Below the pieces are notes generated by a model. The model saw only the letters and a list, made by a program, of their open reading frames with translations. It had not been told where the DNA came from and ran no database searches. Positions 56,936 through 64,000 of a stretch of DNA of 64,000 nt are shown piece after piece (position 1 is the stretch's first letter; each line of letters begins with the position of its first letter). Position numbers and translations under genes: made by a program. Origin of the DNA: Escherichia phage UGJNEcP1. Where the stretch lies: sequence record OV754623; one strand, 5' to 3'.

Positions 56936-57898
56936 TTATTTCCAAGTCAATTCACAAGTCAATTGAAGAAGCATATACATAACATGTAATTCAATATTAC
57001 TAGCTAGTCCATGAAACTTATTATTTTCACCTGCAATTTCATAAAGCGAAATAATACTTTTACCAGGTGCAACTTGGTCATAACATTCTGAAACTAATTT
57101 ATCGATGAACCATGAATAATCTGCAGCGTATTTTGGAGCTAATGCACGAAGTTGTTTGATATCTTTGTTCTTCATTGCTTCGATAACATCAGAGACTGTG
57201 CCACGGTCATTAGTTACGATAGACAGAATACCTGCATCAAGAACACCTTTAGACGAGTACTGGTCTAATTGACCAATTGTACGACGAAAGTCCGGGAAGT
57301 TCTTTTTAACAAGAGCTGCAACAACTTTCATATCAGCGATTTCAATATTTTCGTTCTTACAGATTTCAACCATACGATGAATCATTTTCTTCATCATTGA
57401 GATTTTATCTTCTTCGGTTGGACGTCCGAATTCGATAACTCGACAACGACTACGTAACGGTTCGATAATTCCATCGATGTTGTTGGCAGTAATAATAATA
57501 GAACAGTTACTAGAGAATTCTTCCATGAATGTACGAAGGTGTCGTTGTGATTCAGCAAGGCCACTACGGTCAAATTCATCGATAACGATAACTTTCGGCT
57601 TGCCTTCCATTGAGACTGAACGAGCAAATGCAGTTAACGGACCACGCACAAAATCAATCTTACAATCAGAACCGTTGACGAACATCATTTCGGCATTGAT
57701 ATCATTACATAATGCTTTTGCTACGGTTGTTTTACCGGTACCAGGAGATGGAGAGTGTAAAATAATATGAGGAAGTTTTCCTTTAGATACTAAAGACTTG
57801 AATGTTTCATGGTCATACGCAGGCAGAATACATTCGTCAATGGAAGAAGGACGATATTTCTGTTCTAGAATGTGTTCTTTGGAATTGATAGTAATCAT
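56936..57898 (-). CDS. 44: clamp loader large subunit gp44 (AAA+)
   Basis: 320 aa; Walker [11 protein letters not shown], Walker B VIVIDEFD. Confidence 0.92.
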   Translation of the reverse strand: MITINSKEHILEQKYRPSSIDECILPAYDHETFKSLVSKGKLPHIILHSPSPGTGKTTVAKALCNDINAEMMFVNGSDCKIDFVRGPLTAFARSVSMEGKPKVIVIDEFDRSGLAESQRHLRTFMEEFSSNCSIIITANNIDGIIEPLRSRCRVIEFGRPTEEDKISMMKKMIHRMVEICKNENIEIADMKVVAALVKKNFPDFRRTIGQLDQYSSKGVLDAGILSIVTNDRGTVSDVIEAMKNKDIKQLRALAPKYAADYSWFIDKLVSECYDQVAPGKSIISLYEIAGENNKFHGLASNIELHVMYMLLQLTCELTWK

Positions 57899-57973
57899 GT
57901 AATTTTCCTCATTATCATTAAACTGGAGGATTTCTCCTCCATAATCGTATCACAATAAATGTAAAGCTTTGAC

Positions 57974-58660
57974 TTAGAAGTCGTGAGTAGAATCGGCTTC
58001 CATCGCAATAACATAACTTACTTGAGAGCTTTCAAACTTGGCTGCAACTTTATCACCAGCTCCCCACAACATTACTTTATAGTTACCTGGCTGGATTTTC
58101 ATATTAGCCATATTGATTACGAAGTTAAAGTTGTTAGAACCATCATAATCGGTAAGAGTTAAAGAATACTTAGGACGAGTTAGTCCAGAATCTTCAACTT
58201 TATTATAGCCATTGATAACAATTTTACCATCTTTATTTGTAATAGCAATTGTATCAATCTGAAGACCACGTGAAACTCGAAGCAATTGTTGAAGGTCTTC
58301 AGCTTTAATTTCAGTAATCACAGAAGCCACTGGGAATTGAATTGGCTTATTAGGAAAAACAATAGTGCTCTTGTCAGCGGCAGGCCAATAAACTGTGGAA
58401 CGTGTATCTGCAATTTTAATATTGCCATCGGTGTGCATTGAAATTTCAGCATCATCAGACACTAGACTCAAAATGCTTAAGAAGCTATTCAAATCATAAA
58501 GTGCTACGTCAAAATCAATTTCATCAGAGATATTTGCTTCCGCATAAGTGGTGCCATTAACTGCACGAGTCATAATAAATTTACCTTGACTCAGCAGAAT
58601 GCCAGAGTTAATAGAGGCAAAGTTTTTCAGAATAGCGATAGTATCTTTAGACAGTTTCAT
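57974..58660 (-). CDS. 45: sliding clamp gp45
   Basis: ORF 57974..58675, start at MKLSKD gives 228 aa as T4 gp45; synteny. Confidence 0.88.
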   Translation of the reverse strand: MKLSKDTIAILKNFASINSGILLSQGKFIMTRAVNGTTYAEANISDEIDFDVALYDLNSFLSILSLVSDDAEISMHTDGNIKIADTRSTVYWPAADKSTIVFPNKPIQFPVASVITEIKAEDLQQLLRVSRGLQIDTIAITNKDGKIVINGYNKVEDSGLTRPKYSLTLTDYDGSNNFNFVINMANMKIQPGNYKVMLWGAGDKVAAKFESSQVSYVIAMEADSTHDF

Positions 58661-58702
58661 TTTATTTCCTTTCAAGACAATTCAAAGTTTATAACAAATT
58701 TA

Positions 58703-59119
58703 TTATGCAGCAACCATCTGCTTTTTAATAGCTTCAGGCAGTGATTCAATATATTCTGGAATTTTAGAAGCAACAATTTCGCCAGCTGCAATTAGTTGTT
58801 CGTCGGCATCAACACAATAGAAATCTTCCAGACGCTCAGAACCGTCTTTATCAAGAACGATTTTTCCGCCGGCTTCAATAGAATCTTTATAGTGCTTACG
58901 CATCAGATGAATCCACATATCAGATACATCGTTATCAATAAAACCATAAATCATAAAACGAGTTTCTTGTGGCAAAGATTGGAGTTTTTTAGCACTTGCG
59001 TCATCACAATGCAGGACCCATGCTTTACGAACACGATTATGGTTATGTGGGTTAGCGTCAGTACGGATAGAAGTAACTTTCAGATCAGCAGCAGTGAAAC
59101 CTTTAGCAGTAGTAAACAT
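58703..59119 (-). CDS. rpbA: RNA polymerase-binding protein RpbA candidate
   Basis: 138 aa; synteny between 45 and 46. Confidence 0.55.
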   Translation of the reverse strand: MFTTAKGFTAADLKVTSIRTDANPHNHNRVRKAWVLHCDDASAKKLQSLPQETRFMIYGFIDNDVSDMWIHLMRKHYKDSIEAGGKIVLDKDGSERLEDFYCVDADEQLIAAGEIVASKIPEYIESLPEAIKKQMVAA

Positions 59120-59131
59120 ATTATTTCTCTC

Positions 59132-59332
59132 TTATTCGTAGAAGTCGGTAACTGTCCATGCGGAATTGCGATTAGACATTATTTTATTATACTCATCTTT
59201 AAAAGCAGATTTGAGCATTTGTTCAGTAACAATATGTTCTTCACCTGAAAACGTATTGGTCAAAACATATTTTTTAATTTCAGGGACAACGAGAAGATGT
59301 TGGCCAGTTGAATACTCCATGTTGTTCTCCAT
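59132..59332 (-). CDS. hypothetical small protein (45.2 position)
   Basis: 66-aa ORF. Confidence 0.45.
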   Translation of the reverse strand: MENNMEYSTGQHLLVVPEIKKYVLTNTFSGEEHIVTEQMLKSAFKDEYNKIMSNRNSAWTVTDFYE

Positions 59333-59374
59333 TTAATTTGATGTGGTCATTATAACCACATCGTGTTAAAGCGT

Positions 59375-61063
59375 TTATGAAACAGTCATTACAGTAAATC
59401 GTCCAACTTTGCTCATTTGAAGATGTTGTCCATAACGTTGAGGGTCATGGTCTCGATGAGAGATAATGAACACATTAGTATTTTGTAAACTTCCAAGAAT
59501 GGTATCTATAGCCTTAACAGCCTCAGAATCGACAGCCCCGTCAAAAACCTCATCAAGAATCAGAGTGTTGATTTTAACGCCAGAGACCTTTTCAGCAATA
59601 TCTCGCCATGTAAACAACAATGCGATATCGATACGTGCCTTTTCACCTTGACTAAATGAAGCGTAACTAAAATCTTCACGACCACGTGATTTTATAGATT
59701 CATTGAATTCTTCGTCAATAGAAAACACGTAATCAGCTTCCATGATTTTAAGATAATGGTTAATCTGCTTGTTAAACAGAGGCACATATTTTTTAATGAT
59801 AGCACCTTTAATACCAGAATCTTTTAACATATCTGTGATAATACCACGATGGTATTTTTCAAGAACGATATCCGATTTTGTCTTAATGATTTTATCAAGT
59901 TCTTTTTGAAGCAAAGCTATCTCATCAGCATGGTCGATAAATTCTGCTGAGGCTTGCTCTATTGCAGCTTTAACTTTCTTAGCTTTATCAATAGTGGCAA
60001 TCATTGCTTGTTTCTTGGTACGAATATCAGATGCAAGGTCCTGTTTAGTCTTAACATTAGCTCTATATTCGTCCACTAGGACACTCAGATTATCTCTGTG
60101 ACATGTAAGTTGCTCGAATGAGTGATTACATTCGTGAAGCTTATCGGTAATCTTAGAGACAATAGGATCACCCTGGTGCAACTGTGATGCACAAGTAGGA
60201 CATGTACCGCCATCGTGATACATCTTAATAACTTTGTTATATGAGTCAATTTTAGATTTAATCAAGAACGCTTCTTGTCCTATCTTGTTGAATGCCTCAG
60301 TAGGGTCCTCATCAAGAACGATATTAAGTAGTCGCTCATTAGCTTCTTCGATTTCTGCTTTTAATGAACGAGCTTCTTTGGCTAGGTCGTCATACATATT
60401 CTGTAGACGCGCTACATTATCACCAGATAATTTCTTTTGACGTTCGATATTCTCGTTATAAATCTTAATTTGTTGGATAATACCATCTTTCTTGGCATCG
60501 AGAACTTGTCCCTGGGAATTAAGTTCTCGAACTTGAGCCTTATTGATTTTATCCATTTCAGCGAGTGTGCCGACTTCTAAAAGGTCTTCGACAAGTTTTC
60601 TACGAGCAGGGGTGCTAAGAGCCATGAAAGGGGTATACCCTGCCGTCCCAAGCACAACGATTTGTTTAAAAGACGCGTATGACATTCCGATGCTACGTTC
60701 AAATTCTTCTTGGAAGTCACGACTGCTGGCAGATTCATCAAGACGAACACCGTCAACGGAGATTTCGAAAATATTGGGCTTTTGGCCGCGTTTAATGAAG
60801 TATTTTTTACCATCGAATTCCATCCAAAGCTCAACTAAGAGCTCTTTCTTGTTCGTGCTATTAATGATTTGTCCTTTCTTAACATCACGAAATGGTTTAC
60901 CGAAAAGTCCGAAAGTAATGGCTTCTAACATCGTAGATTTACCGCCGCCGTTTTTTCCAGTGATTAATGTCTTTTGGACTTTATCTAATTGGATATCAAT
61001 AGGATTCCCACCTACCGACATGATGTTTTGATAACGAACACGATTTAATTTAAATGATTTCAT
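59375..61063 (-). CDS. 46: recombination nuclease ATPase subunit gp46 (Rad50/SbcC-like)
   Basis: 562 aa; Walker A GKNGGGKST, coiled-coil middle with CPTC zinc hook, C-terminal signature/Walker B LILDEVFD. Confidence 0.93.
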   Translation of the reverse strand: MKSFKLNRVRYQNIMSVGGNPIDIQLDKVQKTLITGKNGGGKSTMLEAITFGLFGKPFRDVKKGQIINSTNKKELLVELWMEFDGKKYFIKRGQKPNIFEISVDGVRLDESASSRDFQEEFERSIGMSYASFKQIVVLGTAGYTPFMALSTPARRKLVEDLLEVGTLAEMDKINKAQVRELNSQGQVLDAKKDGIIQQIKIYNENIERQKKLSGDNVARLQNMYDDLAKEARSLKAEIEEANERLLNIVLDEDPTEAFNKIGQEAFLIKSKIDSYNKVIKMYHDGGTCPTCASQLHQGDPIVSKITDKLHECNHSFEQLTCHRDNLSVLVDEYRANVKTKQDLASDIRTKKQAMIATIDKAKKVKAAIEQASAEFIDHADEIALLQKELDKIIKTKSDIVLEKYHRGIITDMLKDSGIKGAIIKKYVPLFNKQINHYLKIMEADYVFSIDEEFNESIKSRGREDFSYASFSQGEKARIDIALLFTWRDIAEKVSGVKINTLILDEVFDGAVDSEAVKAIDTILGSLQNTNVFIISHRDHDPQRYGQHLQMSKVGRFTVMTVS

Positions 61064-61314
61064 ATGTATTCTCTTCGAATGAAGTCCTCTACATATTTTA
61101 ACATGTCATCTCTATCAGCAAAATATTCATCTAGTTCTGCATACATGACAACACCTGGTGCGTACTCACAGGTAACATACATTGTTCCAAAGAAACGAGG
61201 AGTTGTCTCCTCGTAATTCTCAGTCCATTCAACGATACCAATATAACCGTCACCAATACTAAATTCGTGACGATGGATTTCATAATCAGTCTTCGTCATT
61301 ATACGCATCCTCAA
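61060..61314 (-). CDS. hypothetical small protein (46.1 position)
   Basis: 84-aa ORF with ATGA overlap. Confidence 0.5.
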   Translation of the reverse strand: MRMRIMTKTDYEIHRHEFSIGDGYIGIVEWTENYEETTPRFFGTMYVTCEYAPGVVMYAELDEYFADRDDMLKYVEDFIRREYI

Positions 61315-61543
61315 TACACGCTTCGGCCATTTTAAGAATAGAGCCAGGAGTATCGTTGTCCATTATATTAAAGCTAAATTCAATAGCCCAGTCAGTGCAG
61401 ACATGAACTGCTTTAACTTCATTGCCTTCAACGCGTAATGGCTCAATCCAATACTTGATAGTGTTCTCGAATCCATCATCATCTTTAACGTCCATTTCAA
61501 CTTCAAGCCTGAGTCCAGCATTGTTAAATTCATCTAAAGTCAT
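61286..61543 (-). CDS. hypothetical small protein (46.2 position)
   Basis: 85-aa acidic ORF. Confidence 0.5.
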   Translation of the reverse strand: MTLDEFNNAGLRLEVEMDVKDDDGFENTIKYWIEPLRVEGNEVKAVHVCTDWAIEFSFNIMDNDTPGSILKMAEACIEDAYNDED

Positions 61544-62559
61544 TGTGTTGCCTCAACATAAAGTTCGTTGGAATATTTGACCAGCGCTTCTCTGTCTTCA
61601 TCTGAGATATCCGGAATCGCGTCAATATATTCTTTAATGATATCTTGAAGCGATTTAATCTCGATTTCCTGGTCGTCATCAGATTCAACACTGTTATCAA
61701 CTTTAGAAACCATGCGAAGAGAGTGAACTACTTTTTCAAGTTCAGATTCAAACTTAGTCAACTCTGAATCAATTTCTGATACTATAACACGTACGGCTAG
61801 ATTAGTATAATCAGAATAATTGATTTTGCCTTTAAACGGATAAGTGATTCGTCGATGCCATGTTGTTTCATTAGGAATAAATTCCATACGTTCAACATCA
61901 GTGTCAAATACCCAGAATCCGCGAGGGTCGTTCTCATCACCTGCAGTAAGGGTCCATGGTGTCCCAATATATTTGACGTTAGCAGCTTCAGAGATTGTGT
62001 GGAAGTGGCCAGAACAGACTTGTTTATAGGTCTTTAAGAAATCAGGTTCAAGCCCATGAGACTTCATTCCTTTATAGAAATAAAAGCCATTCAGTTCCCA
62101 GTGCCCAACACAATACGCTGCGGAAGAAGTCTTGATGTGCTCTAAGATTTCACCTGTATTTTCTTCACACATCCATGGAACGATATCAATCAGACATCCA
62201 TCAAAATCTACAGTAGTTGGATGCTCATAAATAGTAAAGTTTTCAAATTGAGTTAACAATTCAGAAACAGTGTTAGGTGTTATTGTATTCTTAAACGCCA
62301 TGTCATGGTTTCCTACCGTGACATGAACGTGAATGCCTGCTTTAGAAATCATATCAACGATTTCACGATTGAATTCCATCGTACGATGTGTTATTGCTTT
62401 ACGGACGTCAAACCAATCACCGCACTGAATCCAAGTTTTAATCCCGTGTTTCTTAGAGTATTCAATTGCTTGACGAATACCATCACGTTGAATGTCTTGA
62501 ACCCATGGGTCGTCTTGTTTGACTCCGATATGGAAGTCGCCTAAGTACAAAATTTTCAT
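61540..62559 (-). CDS. 47: recombination nuclease gp47 (Mre11/SbcD-like)
   Basis: 339 aa as T4 gp47; phosphoesterase motifs LGDFH, GDWFD, GNHD, GHFH. Confidence 0.93.
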   Translation of the reverse strand: MKILYLGDFHIGVKQDDPWVQDIQRDGIRQAIEYSKKHGIKTWIQCGDWFDVRKAITHRTMEFNREIVDMISKAGIHVHVTVGNHDMAFKNTITPNTVSELLTQFENFTIYEHPTTVDFDGCLIDIVPWMCEENTGEILEHIKTSSAAYCVGHWELNGFYFYKGMKSHGLEPDFLKTYKQVCSGHFHTISEAANVKYIGTPWTLTAGDENDPRGFWVFDTDVERMEFIPNETTWHRRITYPFKGKINYSDYTNLAVRVIVSEIDSELTKFESELEKVVHSLRMVSKVDNSVESDDDQEIEIKSLQDIIKEYIDAIPDISDEDREALVKYSNELYVEATQ

Positions 62560-62610
62560 ATTATTTCCTCATTAGTTAATTCATTTTATCATCCGTTTAT
62601 AAAGCAAAAA

Positions 62611-62628
62611 AGGAACTCCGAAGAGTTC
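62611..62628 (-). terminator. UUCG-tetraloop hairpin terminator upstream of gene 47
   Basis: minus strand GGAACUC-UUCG-GAGUUCC followed by UUUUUUGC. Confidence 0.6.
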
Positions 62629-62841
62629 CTATCCACATAGTACACCATACAGAGGCTCATTTGAACTTTTAAATCGAATGGGCTTGTATGTAATAGTTCC
62701 TTCGGCTTTAGCTTTATCATAAGACTCTTTAAAACGTCTCATTCTTTCTGCTTTGCCTTTACGGATTTTATCGAAATTTTCAGAAGTCGGGATGTTCGTC
62801 ATGCATAAGCACCTCTCAGAAAATGCCTAAATCAATTTCTC

Positions 62842-63063
62842 TCATCGTTTCCACCATTTCTTAACTTGAAATGAATCGACCCACACGAGTTGTTTTGGGT
62901 CTGCCTTTACAATAGGCGGACAAATTTCTGTAATAGAACCGTCGTGATATTCCTTTTCAGAAATTTTAACACAAAGAGGACCTCCCAATTTAAGGGTGAA
63001 CCCTGCGTTCAGCTTCAGACGTTTAAACTTTGTTTGAACTAGCGCCATTAATGATGTCCTCAA
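62842..63063 (-). CDS. hypothetical small protein
   Basis: 73-aa ORF in the 47-55 interval. Confidence 0.4.
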   Translation of the reverse strand: MRTSLMALVQTKFKRLKLNAGFTLKLGGPLCVKISEKEYHDGSITEICPPIVKADPKQLVWVDSFQVKKWWKR

Positions 63064-63346
63064 TAGCCTGACGAGTAGTAACCCACTGGATTTTAATTAA
63101 CTTGTCATTATATGGTTGTCGTAGAATATCCCGAGATTTCTTAATAGCATATTCGTAAGCTTCGAAGTTGTTTTGAATTGCTGCTTCTTGAGCGTGAGCA
63201 TAAAGACGGTTTAGTTCAAAACGATTCTTTTTAAGAATCTTTTCGGATTTTTTACGTGCTTCAGCTTCATTTTTCTTTTGGATTTCTTGTAGCATTTTAG
63301 CTACTGCATCTTCTGCTTCTTTATTTTCAATAATCTCGGTAGTCAT
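63023..63346 (-). CDS. hypothetical protein
   Basis: 107-aa Lys/Glu-rich ORF. Confidence 0.45.
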   Translation of the reverse strand: MTTEIIENKEAEDAVAKMLQEIQKKNEAEARKKSEKILKKNRFELNRLYAHAQEAAIQNNFEAYEYAIKKSRDILRQPYNDKLIKIQWVTTRQAIEDIINGASSNKV

Positions 63347-63347
63347 A

Positions 63348-63563
63348 TTATCTCATTAAATTAAAATAAAAACGTCCATCCTCTTCAATACAGAACTCAT
63401 ACTCAACCGGAGTCCCATTTATCGAAAATGACACGTCGTGTGGGTTCAAAGGGTCGATGTCAAAATTAATTTTAAATTCACGACCCAACAGTTTTACCAA
63501 ATAAGGGATTGCTTCGTCAAAAGGTTCTTCTAAGTAGTTAGAGATGTCAATTGTCGTCCTCAT
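63348..63563 (-). CDS. hypothetical small protein
   Basis: ORF 63348..63641, trimmed to internal MRTT start to limit overlap with gene 55. Confidence 0.4.
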   Translation of the reverse strand: MRTTIDISNYLEEPFDEAIPYLVKLLGREFKINFDIDPLNPHDVSFSINGTPVEYEFCIEEDGRFYFNLMR

Positions 63564-64000
63564 ATAAAAAATCCAAACTAGGCGAATCGCTAACAACTTC
63601 CTTCTTTTCAGCCCCAGGAGCTTTATAAGCGGATTCTTCATAATGCGTCATTTTATCGTAGATGTCTTGAATAAACGTTTCATCTACCAACGCTACCATA
63701 TCATCGTCATGACTGTCGTAGACATTATGAACGAAGTAACTATATTTCTTTGCAACTTCCTTACGTTCTTTTTTGATACGTTGGACAAAAGCATTAAAAC
63801 AAGCTCGAGTTATGTATGCATGTGGGTTATTGTACTTAGTTTCGTCGAAATTATGAAGTCCCTTAATAGAGGCTTCAATCCCATCTGCAATCATCTCCTG
63901 CTTCCAAGACTGGGTATATCCTGAAAAGTTGAAACGTTTAGACAGGCCTTCGGCAATAAGCATAATTGCTAAACCGATGGTATCATTCTGACGAATAATT
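63547..64000 (-). CDS. 55: late sigma factor gp55 (N-terminus beyond window end)
   Basis: [41 protein letters not shown] and downstream sequence match T4 gp55 as recalled; ORF continues past position 64000. Confidence 0.9.
   Translation of the reverse strand, partial: IIRQNDTIGLAIMLIAEGLSKRFNFSGYTQSWKQEMIADGIEASIKGLHNFDETKYNNPHAYITRACFNAFVQRIKKERKEVAKKYSYFVHNVYDSHDDDMVALVDETFIQDIYDKMTHYEESAYKAPGAEKKEVVSDSPSLDFLYEDDN

Noticed and set aside
62596-62802. Possible 57-68 aa minus-strand ORF (MTNIPTSENFDKIRKGKAER...) between the hairpin at 62611 and ORF 62842..63063
   Set aside because: My manual reading gave inconsistent frames near 62630-62640 and the ORF is absent from the supplied track; not reported as a feature
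1-64000. tRNA genes, CRISPR arrays, integrase or prophage attachment sites
   Set aside because: No cloverleaf-like conserved tRNA motifs, no regularly spaced direct repeats with spacers, and no tyrosine/serine recombinase-like ORF; the window reads as a lytic T4-like genome

Overview
This window reads as a contiguous segment of a T4-like (Tevenvirinae) phage genome; from memory the gp43 sequence looks RB69-like (Mosigvirus), which needs a BLAST check. Gene order is syntenic with T4: 32-59-33-dsbA-rnh on the minus strand; the late long-tail-fibre operon 34-35-36-37-38 plus holin t on the plus strand; then a long minus-strand early/middle block asiA-motA-52-ndd-denB-rIIB-rIIA-39-dexA-dda-modA/modB-soc-56-61-sp-dmd-41-40-uvsX-42-43-regA-62-44-45-rpbA-46-47-55 (55 truncated at the window end). 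The main departure from T4 is in DNA sugar modification: neither T4 glucosyltransferase slot holds a T4-type gene (uvsX/42 for beta-gt, 47/55 for alpha-gt). Instead there is a GT4-like GT-B glycosyltransferase between rIIA.1 and an unsplit gene 39, and between genes 42 and 43 a cluster encoding a SIS-domain sugar-phosphate isomerase, a HAD-like phosphatase, a fused sugar-1-phosphate nucleotidyltransferase/APH-like kinase and a U32-family Fe-S-type enzyme, with a P-loop kinase and a 299-aa unknown in the beta-gt slot. I interpret this as a phage-encoded nucleotide-sugar pathway, most plausibly for a pentose such as arabinose, feeding hypermodification of hydroxymethyl-cytosine DNA; this is inference from motifs and synteny, not from any search. 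Other features include a GIY-YIG homing endonuclease, duplicated early-promoter/leader cassettes, palindromes around promoter -10 elements, a tandem paralog triplet, recurrent UUCG-tetraloop hairpin terminators, T4 late promoters (TATAAATA), and the gene 32 and gene 38 translational control regions. All calls rest on motif recognition, recalled T4 protein sequences and gene order; no database search was run.
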